Positions 18,385 to 27,866 of a stretch of DNA of 44,801 nucleotides are shown piece by piece. Numbering within the stretch: the first letter of the stretch is position 1; every line of letters begins with the position of its first letter. The stretch is taken from positions 1 through 44,801 of the IMG/VR virus record IMGVR_UViG_3300025372_000004. One strand, given 5' to 3'. The position numbers and the translations under genes were made by a program. Source of the stretch: a virus (taxonomy: Duplodnaviria > Caudoviricetes). Under the pieces are notes generated by a model. That model was not told the DNA's origin. It did no database searches and was given only the letters and a program-made list of their open reading frames with translations.

Positions 18385-19992
18385 TCATGAATACCAATTA
18401 GTTTTACGTTGCCCCAGTCTTGGCGCGGCACTTCTACCCCCATTTTGATAAACAGCGTAGATATTAGCAAAGGCAGCGGTCAAAAAATACTCATCACTAT
18501 CCGATGTGTGGCCGTATCTTTCACAATTCACGCCCGTATGCGGGTCTATTTGCTTCTCTTTTAGCTTTGTGCCGTCCACATCCTCTTTCAAATATTGATA
18601 ATCCTCAATAGTTCGGTAGCAATCGCGCCCTATCCATATTTTTAAACCTTCATAACCACCCGAAAACAGGGCATTCATGAAGTCAATACGGGTCTTTACG
18701 TGTGGGGCTTTGGTCATTACACGCAACTGGGGGTTGAATTGCTTTAATTCTGTCCGTATCACCAAATAATCATTATGTCCTTTCTCACTTCTCGTATCTT
18801 CATCCATACCATGTGGGTCGCCATAGATATACATACCCATCTTGTGGCCTGCATATTTGGAATTTAGCGCATAGCAAACAGATTTTGATGTATTTCTTGG
18901 GCTTTTAAGGCATATTTCAGCTATCTTATAGGCATTGTAATACTTATTACCTATTACATCTGTTCCTTTCTCTACCTGCCATACCCCACACGTCATATAT
19001 GGGTGTACGTTAAAGTCAAATGTTACATGTAAGGCTAAATCAGGATTGTATTTGTTATCCCTTGTATTGGCTTCGTAGGTAAATGTTTTGTATGCTTCTC
19101 CCCCACTTTGTACGGGTTGTGGATTTTGTTGGTAAAGGCTTTCAAATATACCTTTACTCTTAGCCCTTATTCTTTCCAGTCGTTGTAAACTATGTCGTGA
19201 TGGCCATAAAGCCTCACCTATCTTACGCGGATCTTCGGGATTATTATCATCCTCTTTTATTGCAGGCAACGTTAATATTGTCCATTGCTCTTTATTGTCC
19301 TTCTCATCCTCATCTTCACCCTCATTCATGTATTGCAGCAACTTACCGCTAAGGTCGTTTGTGTCCCACCTGGTTTGTATTATCAGTATCTTACTCCCGT
19401 TGTGAATACGTGTCTCCGCAACTGACAAATACCATTCCCAATTCCTTAACTGTGTAATGGCTGACTTGGCTTCTTGTTTATCTTTTACGGGGTCATCAAT
19501 GATTATCGTATCGGCAGCCGTACCCGTAAGGGAACCACCCACGCCCACAGTCTTTAAAAACCCACCATGACCAACCACGTCAAATCTTTCATTATTACGC
19601 ACATACTTACCACCCCCATTACTACCACTCACAAGTGTAGTGGCCGGGAATAGTTGTTTGTACTCATCACTATCTATATACTTTTGACAATCGCGGTTAA
19701 AGGATTCCGCCCATGTAGCAGAATAAGAAGCCAATACTATTTTTTCTTCTGGATTTCTGCCCAACAGATATGCGGGCAGCATACGAGATGTTAGTTCACT
19801 CTTACCATGTTGAGGGGGCAAGAAAACCATCAATCTTTTTATCTTACCATTAGCAAAGTCATCAAGATATTTACAAAGTAGTTTATGATGCCAGTTATCA
19901 ATATAATTCGGCTTTACATACTTAGCAAAAGAAAGCATTTCCTCTTTCGCATTCTGTTTCTTTAATTCATTTACGCTTGGTAGTCCTAACAT
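18385..19992 (-). CDS. terL: Terminase large subunit
   Basis: PPQHGKS Walker A, IIIDDP Walker B, IQTRW, YQQNP, FDFN and HTSDSDEY nuclease motifs. Confidence 0.95.
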   Translation of the reverse strand: MLGLPSVNELKKQNAKEEMLSFAKYVKPNYIDNWHHKLLCKYLDDFANGKIKRLMVFLPPQHGKSELTSRMLPAYLLGRNPEEKIVLASYSATWAESFNRDCQKYIDSDEYKQLFPATTLVSGSNGGGKYVRNNERFDVVGHGGFLKTVGVGGSLTGTAADTIIIDDPVKDKQEAKSAITQLRNWEWYLSVAETRIHNGSKILIIQTRWDTNDLSGKLLQYMNEGEDEDEKDNKEQWTILTLPAIKEDDNNPEDPRKIGEALWPSRHSLQRLERIRAKSKGIFESLYQQNPQPVQSGGEAYKTFTYEANTRDNKYNPDLALHVTFDFNVHPYMTCGVWQVEKGTDVIGNKYYNAYKIAEICLKSPRNTSKSVCYALNSKYAGHKMGMYIYGDPHGMDEDTRSEKGHNDYLVIRTELKQFNPQLRVMTKAPHVKTRIDFMNALFSGGYEGLKIWIGRDCYRTIEDYQYLKEDVDGTKLKEKQIDPHTGVNCERYGHTSDSDEYFLTAAFANIYAVYQNGGRSAAPRLGQRKTNWYS

Positions 19993-20019
19993 ATCGGGTT
20001 AACTGCATCTTCACAGTTA
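19993..20019 (-). promoter_or_regulatory. Conserved hairpin motif, copy 2
   Basis: TAACTGT-GAAGAT-GCAGTT-AACCCGAT abutting the terL ATG. Confidence 0.6.
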
Positions 20020-20031
20020 TGTTTACTTAAA

Positions 20032-20253
20032 TTAATTTCTTCTCACCATCGCTTTAAACATAGCATCTAAAGCCAACACAACAGGGGTATTGCGCCTCGA
20101 TATCTCATTGAGTATCCCATTAGCCCGTTTACGGTTCTCCACCGTCATTTGAGGATAAGAATCACGAATACGCCTAAACCTACCATCCCAATTCATCGCC
20201 ACGTCTTGTATCTGGTCTATCGTCTTACCCGCAAACAAAATTGTATAATCCAT
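20032..20253 (-). CDS. Hypothetical protein
   Basis: ORF coupled (TAATG) to the upstream ORF. Confidence 0.55.
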   Translation of the reverse strand: MDYTILFAGKTIDQIQDVAMNWDGRFRRIRDSYPQMTVENRKRANGILNEISRRNTPVVLALDAMFKAMVRRN

Positions 20254-20432
20254 TATTCAGTATCTAAAGGTTCAAGTGTTACGGGGTGTTTATCTTTGTA
20301 TGGGTCATTCAAAAACGCTATTACATTTTTATCGTAATAATTATCAAACTGCACATCGTTTATGTCAATCACCTTATCACCTAAACGTAATGTTATTTTC
20401 TCCCACTCTATTGGTTTATCGTACAGGTTCAT
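20253..20432 (-). CDS. Hypothetical protein (59 aa)
   Basis: Hand translation MNLYDKPIEWEKITLRLGDKVIDINDVQFDN...; fills the gap; stop overlaps the next ATG. Confidence 0.55.
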   Translation of the reverse strand: MNLYDKPIEWEKITLRLGDKVIDINDVQFDNYYDKNVIAFLNDPYKDKHPVTLEPLDTE

Positions 20433-20438
20433 ATTAAA

Positions 20439-20639
20439 CTATTTTATAAAAAGTGATAAAATTATTACGCTTGGGAGAGGGGTAACTGCCTGTAAATCCA
20501 GTTCAAAAATACCGCGTTTGACACCCCTCGCCATAATCGCGTAATGCTTGCCAGTAAAGGCTTTCAGTAGGGTAGGGGACTTTGTTAATGCTATATTTAA
20601 CCCATGTGTATTACTTGCTATATCAACTCTACTTAACAT
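20439..20639 (-). CDS. Hypothetical protein
   Basis: ORF in operon orientation filling the gap after terS. Confidence 0.45.
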   Translation of the reverse strand: MLSRVDIASNTHGLNIALTKSPTLLKAFTGKHYAIMARGVKRGIFELDLQAVTPLPSVIILSLFIK

Positions 20640-20666
20640 AATAAAGATTATAGGGCAGAATCGTTA

Positions 20667-21155
20667 CTACCCCCCTAACACATTGTTTTTAGTCTCACTT
20701 ATTATTGTGGCATCTTCTATGGGTCTAATCAATATGCCATTCTCATCGCGCCCCTGTGCTTTGTATGTAAGTCTTATTAGGGTGTTGCGCTCTTCTATGG
20801 TTAACCTACTATAATCACATTCACTATCCCCCCTATTATCGTTGTCAGAATCACCTGTTAATGTATTCTTATTAGGATAAGCAAAGTCCATGATTACATT
20901 AAAAGCGTAGGTATCACCGTTAGCAATAGCCTTTTTTATCTGTGCTGCTATCATTAGCACTTCAATACTTTCAGGCTCTACTTTCTCGGTTAGGGGGTTA
21001 GTGGTGGTTAATTCACCATCTATCATTTGCCGTACTATTGTGGACTTGTTTTTCTTACCGAATGGCCTACCACCTAATCGAGGATGTGCATCGCCTGCTG
21101 GGAATCTATATTTCTCACCTTCTTTAGCTATATTCTTATTACTCATATAATGCAA
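20667..21155 (-). CDS. terS: Terminase small subunit (DUF5681-like)
   Basis: RF..G...GGRP.G.KN and IKKAIANGDTYAFNVIMD motifs; upstream of terL. Confidence 0.75.
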   Translation of the reverse strand: MHYMSNKNIAKEGEKYRFPAGDAHPRLGGRPFGKKNKSTIVRQMIDGELTTTNPLTEKVEPESIEVLMIAAQIKKAIANGDTYAFNVIMDFAYPNKNTLTGDSDNDNRGDSECDYSRLTIEERNTLIRLTYKAQGRDENGILIRPIEDATIISETKNNVLGG

Positions 21156-21190
21156 TTACAAGCCAATAACACATATTTTCTTTAATATAT

Positions 21191-21223
21191 CAAAGATACG
21201 GAATAAGTATGTAAAAATCCAAA
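21191..21223 (-). promoter_or_regulatory. Bacteroidota promoter for the packaging/late operon
   Basis: TTTG (21223-21220), 21-nt spacer, TATCTTTG (21198-21191). Confidence 0.7.
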
Positions 21224-21486
21224 CTATTTGTATTGCGGGTAAATATGGGTAGATATATGGGTAATGTTGTGCATGTTTTAGTGATATGCACAGGAAATGT
21301 GGGATTTGTGGGTGTGTTAGGTGTTGTTTGTCCTAAGCGGGTATTGGCCTGCGGCAGCAAGGAATATCTATTTTTATGCTCGCTCGCTTTGCTCACTCGT
21401 TAAAGTTCGTGAATTAATTGGATTTTCCAAATCTTTTGGTATCAAAGGGTTTCAGCCGAAAACATATTATTAATAAGTATAGTAGA

Positions 21487-22113
21487 TTATACCATTTTCT
21501 TATTCACACCCATTGCAAAACGTATTATTTGGGGCTTAGGCACTTCATTAGGCTTAGATATTTCAATTCTCCTATGTTTACGCTTCCCTTTAATCATCTT
21601 GGAGTGTTGCCAGTTTAAATCGGTTTTTTTGTCGGGTTGCTTTTCGGATTTAGGGCATAAATCTGCATAGTTACCGGTTGTTGCAGCCTTTTTATGCTTA
21701 TGCTTTTTCTTTTCTTTGTGTAAACTACGCCCTGCATTCAATCCTTTTAAATATCCTAAATGCTTATCTATCCAATGTATTGCACCCTCAAAACCTTGCA
21801 TCCTTACTAATCTAATGCCATTTGTCTTTGCAAATTTATCCTTTATGCTATCCCTATATTTTACATCATCACTTGTATGAAATGCCTTACCGTCATACTC
21901 AATCAATATGTTTTGTTCAGGTAAATAAAAATCATATCGTAATTGTATGCCAGTCTTAGGATTAATACAATCCTGAAACATCACCTCTTGATAAAATAAA
22001 GCATTGATAGAATTTAACTTATCTTTTATCATCTTTTCAGCCATAGATGGCTTTTGTTTGGGTATTCTTGTAAACTTCAATGGCATACCAAATAATTTGT
22101 ATAAAGTTACCAA
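21487..22113 (-). CDS. PD-(D/E)XK endonuclease (DUF559/Vsr-like) with basic tail
   Basis: SMAEKMI...LRYDFYLP..NILIEYDG..FH...D..KD.FAK.NGIRLVR. Confidence 0.75.
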   Translation of the reverse strand: MVTLYKLFGMPLKFTRIPKQKPSMAEKMIKDKLNSINALFYQEVMFQDCINPKTGIQLRYDFYLPEQNILIEYDGKAFHTSDDVKYRDSIKDKFAKTNGIRLVRMQGFEGAIHWIDKHLGYLKGLNAGRSLHKEKKKHKHKKAATTGNYADLCPKSEKQPDKKTDLNWQHSKMIKGKRKHRRIEISKPNEVPKPQIIRFAMGVNKKMV

Positions 22114-22172
22114 TTAAGAACCATATTACAAAGTATTTAGGTTGTTATTTAAGAACTATTTATATTTGCACA

Positions 22173-22337
22173 ATGGAAATGTCAGTAAGCGAGTATGCTA
22201 ATAAAAGAAACATCGCACGTACTTATGTATTGCGATGCTTAAAAAATAAAAGATATGAATTACTTAAAGGTGTAAAATCCGCAAGGATGGTAGGCAAAAC
22301 TTATGTAATTACAATCATCAAAGATTATATATTTTAA
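22173..22337 (+). CDS. Small winged-HTH protein (excisionase/MerR-like)
   Basis: MSVSEYANKRNIARTYVLR...ARMVGKTYVI; TATATTTG at 22161-22168 just upstream. Confidence 0.65.
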   Translation: MEMSVSEYANKRNIARTYVLRCLKNKRYELLKGVKSARMVGKTYVITIIKDYIF

Positions 22338-22410
22338 CGTGGTGGCATTCCATTTATACCCTTCCCGACACAATACACCCGATATTCTACATTTTATACC
22401 TAATAAGGTA

Positions 22411-22650
22411 TTACTCAAAACTTATCTTAAAAGCATTTTTAACAGATTTTCGCTTTATCCTACGATCCGGATAGTCTTTACTATTTTCCGACCTCATTAA
22501 AAGCCAGTCGGTTTCATTGTCGGGATAAGGCTTATAGATAGCAATACCCTCATTTAAAACGAATAGATAAGGTTGTCCCCAGGCTAAATCTTCCTCTAAA
22601 GTTACAGGCGTTACATAAATAGTTTGTTTTGGTCTTATGGCTGGTCTCAT
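22411..22650 (-). CDS. Hypothetical protein (possibly 5'-frameshifted from ATG 22714)
   Basis: Frame stays open 17 codons upstream of ATG 22650; an ATG at 22714 is one base out of frame. Confidence 0.5.
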   Translation of the reverse strand: MRPAIRPKQTIYVTPVTLEEDLAWGQPYLFVLNEGIAIYKPYPDNETDWLLMRSENSKDYPDRRIKRKSVKNAFKISFE

Positions 22651-22716
22651 GTTATCCCATTCAGGGGCTTGAGTAGCAAGGTAGGCAGTAGTAACAGGCT
22701 GTTAGTGCGTTCATAG

Positions 22717-23022
22717 TTATAATTTATTTTCTGTCTTGAATTGTTGCCAAGTTTCTAACCACCCGTTACCAAGTGTAGCTACCCCCTCTCCAAAAGCACT
22801 TTCAACCAACCCTTTCAGCCGTTCAATCTCTTTAGAAAGCAATAAGGATGATTCTAATAGGGCATCATTACTCTTTTTCAGTTCCCCAATTTCTTTAGCG
22901 TTCTCGGAGTTAGCATCTTCATATCCTTGCGCATAACCTTCTCTTCGAAATTCATTGTTCCCCCATATTCCGTCTTCTTTAAATCTGCTAAATGCTTTCC
23001 GTTCAATTTGTTTTTTTGTCAT
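22717..23022 (-). CDS. Hypothetical protein
   Basis: REGYAQGYEDA and coiled coil, typical of small early phage proteins. Confidence 0.6.
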   Translation of the reverse strand: MTKKQIERKAFSRFKEDGIWGNNEFRREGYAQGYEDANSENAKEIGELKKSNDALLESSLLLSKEIERLKGLVESAFGEGVATLGNGWLETWQQFKTENKL

Positions 23023-23082
23023 TTGGATTGGTTTTTATCGTTATCAATTTGCCCCTGTCGAGGTTATTTTAAGGTTGTTTTG

Positions 23083-23328
23083 TCAATTCAATTCACTTTG
23101 ATTAGCAATTAATGTTTCTATATCTGATTCATCAATACCCATAGAAACTAATTTTTCTCTACTAATTACCATAGTGTCGCATTTCCATAAATCACGAATT
23201 TGAGTAGTTACTTGACCTTCGAGCCTAATCATTATACAAACTGCGCAAATAAACCCAGCAGACCATCCACTTGAATAACCCACTTCTTTTATTCTTCTCT
23301 CTTTTGAACTTTGCCTACTCTCGTCCAT
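23083..23328 (-). CDS. Hypothetical protein
   Basis: ORF in operon, overlapping the upstream stop. Confidence 0.55.
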   Translation of the reverse strand: MDESRQSSKERRIKEVGYSSGWSAGFICAVCIMIRLEGQVTTQIRDLWKCDTMVISREKLVSMGIDESDIETLIANQSELN

Positions 23329-23551
23329 TGTTAGTGTTTTTGGTTAATAACATTAATTCAAGTTGCCTATTATTATACTCTATCAAAAAAGTATTTCGAC
23401 ATTGAGAATAATGGGTAACTGTTTCTATCAAATGCTCATTAAAGAATTGATTTTCAACATCAGATATTTTAGTTCCATTAGATATTTTATTTTGTATTCG
23501 CCACATCATTTTCCTATCAATTTCATCATCCGTATATTTTTTCATACTCAA
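23315..23551 (-). CDS. Hypothetical protein
   Basis: ATGA-coupled ORF. Confidence 0.55.
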   Translation of the reverse strand: MSMKKYTDDEIDRKMMWRIQNKISNGTKISDVENQFFNEHLIETVTHYSQCRNTFLIEYNNRQLELMLLTKNTNNGRE

Positions 23552-23754
23552 CTATTTTTAGTTTTTAATTTAATTATCAGGTCGGATGTGTGAAGGGGAC
23601 ATTGAGGTAGAATTTCTCTTGTATCTTTTATGGTATCAAGGATATAAAGTTCGGTGCAAAAATCCTGTTCTGTTTCAGGGTGCCGAATACAGAACGGACA
23701 ATCGCCGCAGCAATCAACCTCTATCACCTTCGTTTCTTTGTTGTTATTTTCCAT
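23548..23754 (-). CDS. Cys-rich hypothetical protein
   Basis: CCGDCPFC...C...PQCPL. Confidence 0.65.
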   Translation of the reverse strand: MENNNKETKVIEVDCCGDCPFCIRHPETEQDFCTELYILDTIKDTREILPQCPLHTSDLIIKLKTKNS

Positions 23755-24289
23755 CGGTATCAGTTTTAAGTTTGCTTTTAAAGAAGTTGAGAATTTGTTT
23801 TAATTTTTTCACGCTAATTTGGTCGTACCAATCAAATGTAAACTCCCGTTCAATCTGCTTCCAGTCAAGACCTTCTTTACTTTCTTCTTTAATGATTGCA
23901 GATATTTGCTCTGTTTGTTCTTTGTAATTCATATTGTCAGGTTCACGAAATCCTGTCATGTATATTTTATGTCCAGCCCTTAACGTCCAATCTTCTGAAT
24001 CCTTATAATTAGCACCTTTGCTTTCTTCGGGTTCGGGCTTGCGGAGTTTAATTCTATTATGTTGAGCCATAATAAATAAACCAGACCAATATTCTAAAGG
24101 CTTCGTTTGATTATCCCAATCAAATGCGCGGTCTATTGCATACATTAAAGCGTCATGATTTTGCACCCTACTAAATTTTGGGTCATATAAGGACAATAAT
24201 TCTTTCCTCAACTCCTTATCTTCCACACTCTCAAACCACTCCTGTATCGTATGTGGCATCTTGTACCACTCCTCTGTGTATTTTTGCAT
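23744..24289 (-). CDS. Hypothetical protein
   Basis: 181-aa ORF; AIDRAFDW...YWS motif. Confidence 0.65.
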   Translation of the reverse strand: MQKYTEEWYKMPHTIQEWFESVEDKELRKELLSLYDPKFSRVQNHDALMYAIDRAFDWDNQTKPLEYWSGLFIMAQHNRIKLRKPEPEESKGANYKDSEDWTLRAGHKIYMTGFREPDNMNYKEQTEQISAIIKEESKEGLDWKQIEREFTFDWYDQISVKKLKQILNFFKSKLKTDTDGK

Positions 24290-24300
24290 GTTAGTTGGTT

Positions 24301-24555
24301 TTATGGTTTACATTTGATAATATCACCTACTTTAAACTTATCAGGGGCAGCCATTACCCACATACCATCTCCAATGGGCGTACCGTCTTCATGGAATCAT
24401 TCAACCCAATAATACCAACACCAAGTCCCTTGCTCTTTTCTAATTTCCGTAACGGTGGAAATATCGCAAGTAAAATATGTAGTGTATTTAGGGGGCATAT
24501 TTTTACACCCGACCAACCCAACAACTACCTAAATAATTAACATTGTCTTTTTCAT
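24301..24555 (-). pseudogene. Lipoprotein gene with two in-frame stops
   Basis: MKKTMLII*VVVGLVGCKN...WYYWVE*FHEDG...KFKVGDIIKCKP*; TAG at 24531-24529, TGA at 24399-24397; fills the gap exactly. Confidence 0.7.
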
Positions 24556-24557
24556 GG

Positions 24558-24773
24558 CTATTTTATTGATTTTAAAAACTCGATTAATGTGGGTATAGTG
24601 GTGGAATTGATAACTATAACATTCTCATCTTGTTGAAAAGTAATAATATCAGGATCCGGTTCGATTACTAATGCTGGACATCCTTCTGATTCTATACCCA
24701 TATCTTCATATGTTTGCCAAATAACTATAGCATGTATTTTATCTTTTCCTCTGTTAATGTTAGTTGTAGTCAT
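24558..24773 (-). CDS. Hypothetical protein
   Basis: ORF in operon orientation. Confidence 0.55.
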   Translation of the reverse strand: MTTTNINRGKDKIHAIVIWQTYEDMGIESEGCPALVIEPDPDIITFQQDENVIVINSTTIPTLIEFLKSIK

Positions 24774-24791
24774 CGTTCAATTTTTAGTAAG

Positions 24792-25160
24792 TTATTTTAA
24801 ATAATTGTTTACTGCGTTCATAAATTCATCAAGTGAGTAGCACACATGGCAACTGTAATTTTTCTCATGTGCCTGTATAAACTTTTCCTGATTCTCTGAT
24901 AAGCTATTTCTACCTACTTTCAATTCGATAAATAGCCCATGATATTCGTCATTGGGAACTAATAAAAGCAAATCACAAACGCCTGCTACTACTCCCATTC
25001 TTTTTAGTTTGGTGGCTTCTATTACGTTCCTACTGCCCCCATTTGCAGGGTGAATAAGGCTTAGTGTCAATCTTGGGTATTGCAGCCTAAACCACTCAAC
25101 GCAAGATTTTTGCAGGGCATCTTCTGATAACTTCGGGGCTAATGTGTGTGTCTTGGGCAT
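24792..25160 (-). CDS. VRR-NUC domain nuclease
   Basis: SEDALQ, HPANGGSRN..EA..LKRMGVVAGVCDL, FIELK, NQ..F motifs. Confidence 0.9.
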   Translation of the reverse strand: MPKTHTLAPKLSEDALQKSCVEWFRLQYPRLTLSLIHPANGGSRNVIEATKLKRMGVVAGVCDLLLLVPNDEYHGLFIELKVGRNSLSENQEKFIQAHEKNYSCHVCYSLDEFMNAVNNYLK

Positions 25161-25163
25161 GGG

Positions 25164-25301
25164 TTAATCCTTTTCTTCTTTTTTAGTTTCGGTTCCAAAA
25201 ATCAGTAGCAACAAACAAATGAAAGCCCAACCGTCATTATTGTGAATGGCCAAAAACACTATTGCAGCTAATAATAGACATTGCATTAAAGAAAACATCA
25301 T
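25164..25301 (-). CDS. Small membrane protein (45 aa)
   Basis: Hand translation MMFSLMQCLLLAAIVFLAIHNNDGWAFICLLLLIFGTETKKEEKD. Confidence 0.55.
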   Translation of the reverse strand: MMFSLMQCLLLAAIVFLAIHNNDGWAFICLLLLIFGTETKKEEKD

Positions 25302-25355
25302 AATCTTCTTCGGTTGACGCTTGACCGAAACGTTTTTGTTTGGTTAGTTAAAAGT

Positions 25356-25646
25356 TTAAATCCACATCCAATTTTTAGCCCTCTTGTCTATCGGTTTTAA
25401 GTCGCCACCCGCTGGGATAAACTGCGAACCATCTTAAAAAATCAAAACCATTACTTGTCCATGATGTTCATTTGGTGGTATTTGTTTTAATTCATTTTTT
25501 AAACCACTTGCATTAAGAAAACCAGATAAGGGGTCGCATATCAACCAGCCCGTTTCATTAATGGAGCCAAACATTTCTTTAAAACCAGAGGCAAAACTTT
25601 TACTGATTTTAGTTATTTCTTTTTTCTGTTCCTGTGTCATATTCAT
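25356..25646 (-). pseudogene. Hypothetical gene with probable premature TAA
   Basis: ...VMVLIF*DGSQFIPAGGDLKPIDKRAKNWMWI*; frame continues 25 codons past TAA 25436-25434. Confidence 0.5.
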
Positions 25647-25651
25647 TTATT

Positions 25652-27121
25652 TTAAAAAGGATTTTCAATATCTTTTTCAGTTGGTAAAATGCTTCGGTAA
25701 TTGTTTGGTATGGCTGCGCGGGGGTTGTCTATCTGCATAGGCATATCAACCCTAAATGGGTCATAGTCGGTAAATCTTTGGTGTGGTCGGTCAAAATCTA
25801 AAAGCAATCCCCCTACTGTGCCATCCCTAAACTTCGCTATGTCTAAATTGATTAACTGTATTGGGTTCTTTTCTTCTTCCTCGCTCACAGCCTTTGCCCG
25901 ATACAAGAACATAACTAAATCTGCGTCTTGCTCAATAGACCCGCTTTCCCTTAAATCTGATAGTTTAGGCTTATTGTCGGAACGGCTTTCTATACCTCTG
26001 CTCAACTGCGACAACGCTATTAGTGGCACATTCAAATCTTTGGCAATAGCTTTTAAATCCCTGCTTATTTGCCCTATCTCAATATTCCTGTTTTCAGATT
26101 TTACGGCACTTCTCATTAGCTGCAAGTAATCAACTACTATTAATCCAGTTCCTTTTTTTAATTTTCTTTTACGGGCTTTAGATCGTAGTTCAAGTGTATT
26201 TATTGCTGCTTTGTCGTCTATTCCTATTGGCAACTTAGAAAACTCCGTAGATTTTGAAATATACCTTTCGTACTGCTCGTTGGTCATTTTCTTAGGGAAC
26301 TGTATTAACTCCGCATCTAAATCGCAAAAATTAGCTTGTAATCTTCTGATAATAGATTTTCTACTCATCTCAAGAGAATAGAAATCAACATAAACCCCTG
26401 ATTTGGCAGCGTTAAGTATCAGGTTAAGGGCAAAGGCTGTTTTACCTACCGATGGCCTTGCTGCAAGTATTATTAAATCCTGTTCTTTCCACCCGTGCAC
26501 AGCTTTATTAACCTTGTCCATGCCCGTTGTAACGCCTGAAAAATCAATAACGCTATTGCGCATATATTCCGCTTCGGTCAATACTTCCCTGGTCGCATCC
26601 GCAAGGCTTACGGATTTATCGGGCATAATGCTTTCGCTTATAGTTATTATTCCCGCATGAGCCTTATCAATCATAGCAAATGGGTCTTCCTGATTGTAAG
26701 AATCTGTAATTACTTCACCTGATACCCGTATAAGTTCCCTCAATACGTATTTTTCCATTACGATACGGGCGTGGGCTTCGGCATGGGCTGTGCTGGTAAT
26801 CTTCATCATTATTTCAGTCAGGTAGTACATACCACCCATTTCTTCTTCCAAACCTTTGACCCTAATTCTATCCGAAACAGTCAACATGTCAATAGCACTT
26901 CCAGCCCTAAAAAGTTCCAGTATTACCCCAAATATGATTTTATGCCCTTCCTTGTAAAAAACACCCTCATTGGATATGATACCTACCACGTCCTGCAAAA
27001 CATCATTTTCGAGCATTATAGACCCCAATACGGACATTTCTGCGTCAAGGTCTTGGGGAGCCAAACGGCTTAACCATAAATCCTGCGTTTTTTTAGTTTT
27101 GTATGTGGATCTATCTTCCAT
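25652..27121 (-). CDS. dnaB: Replicative DnaB helicase
   Basis: AEMSVLG, AARPSVGKT, SLEM, VVDYLQLM, LSQLSR, SDLRESGSIEQDAD. Confidence 0.97.
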   Translation of the reverse strand: MEDRSTYKTKKTQDLWLSRLAPQDLDAEMSVLGSIMLENDVLQDVVGIISNEGVFYKEGHKIIFGVILELFRAGSAIDMLTVSDRIRVKGLEEEMGGMYYLTEIMMKITSTAHAEAHARIVMEKYVLRELIRVSGEVITDSYNQEDPFAMIDKAHAGIITISESIMPDKSVSLADATREVLTEAEYMRNSVIDFSGVTTGMDKVNKAVHGWKEQDLIILAARPSVGKTAFALNLILNAAKSGVYVDFYSLEMSRKSIIRRLQANFCDLDAELIQFPKKMTNEQYERYISKSTEFSKLPIGIDDKAAINTLELRSKARKRKLKKGTGLIVVDYLQLMRSAVKSENRNIEIGQISRDLKAIAKDLNVPLIALSQLSRGIESRSDNKPKLSDLRESGSIEQDADLVMFLYRAKAVSEEEEKNPIQLINLDIAKFRDGTVGGLLLDFDRPHQRFTDYDPFRVDMPMQIDNPRAAIPNNYRSILPTEKDIENPF

Positions 27122-27866
27122 GTTCCTGTCTGTATCTTTCGATTTTCTTTTGGGTTTCTATTTCGGCTTCGGTGAGGAGGGCGGGTGTATTTGCGGATGA
27201 TATTTTTTTGAAGTTTTTTTCATTGTCTGCCCAACGCTTCAATCTTCTGCCTATATCCCAAGTTTTTTCCAATTCCCATAATAGCTTTGTTCTTGCTTTG
27301 TTTGGTTCAGTCCAATATTCACAAAATTTATCAATCATTTCTTTTGGGTAAAGTTTTAAATACCCTTCAACTTGTAATAAAAATTCTTTTTGCTTGATAG
27401 TAAGCGAAGCTTCTATATCTTCTTTACTTTCTATTTTCTTTACTTTACTTTCCTTTACTTTACTTTCCTTTAATGGTAAACCAATCGTATCACGTTTGGT
27501 TAACGTTTGGTTCATCAAACGTCCTTCAACCGCTTTTCTACTTGCTTCTTTTCGCTTAGCTTTCAACTCATTATATTTGTCCATTCTGCCTAAAAAACTG
27601 TTTGAATAAAACATCATATCCTCTATCTCAAACAGCATAAAACCCCTAATAACATCATTAAGTAATTCTTCTGAAATGTGCAATTCGTAAGCTATATCGG
27701 GTATGTGTTCTATGTGTAGTTTATGATTTTCATTCTCCCTAAGCATTTCAAGTAAACAGAAATAAGCACCATATCCTTCCAGTCCATATTTGCGCCTTAG
27801 CTTTACGATTTTTATATCATTACGGGCATTAAAATCGTGTGAAAAATAGAAAGCGTCTTTTGCCAT
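27111..27866 (-). CDS. Replication initiator (DUF4373/Lin1244-like)
   Basis: YFSHDFNARND.KI..LR.KYGLEGYGAYF.LLE; upstream of dnaB. Confidence 0.85.
   Translation of the reverse strand: MAKDAFYFSHDFNARNDIKIVKLRRKYGLEGYGAYFCLLEMLRENENHKLHIEHIPDIAYELHISEELLNDVIRGFMLFEIEDMMFYSNSFLGRMDKYNELKAKRKEASRKAVEGRLMNQTLTKRDTIGLPLKESKVKESKVKKIESKEDIEASLTIKQKEFLLQVEGYLKLYPKEMIDKFCEYWTEPNKARTKLLWELEKTWDIGRRLKRWADNEKNFKKISSANTPALLTEAEIETQKKIERYRQEHGR
27438..27472. repeat. 15-bp tandem repeat in the initiator (candidate origin)
   Basis: CTTTACTTTACTTTC x2 plus a partial copy, encoding KESKVKESKVK. Confidence 0.5.

Noticed and set aside
21190-21396. 68-aa minus-strand ORF
   Set aside because: Low-complexity T/P product of a GT-skewed region that overlaps the terS promoter; likely spurious
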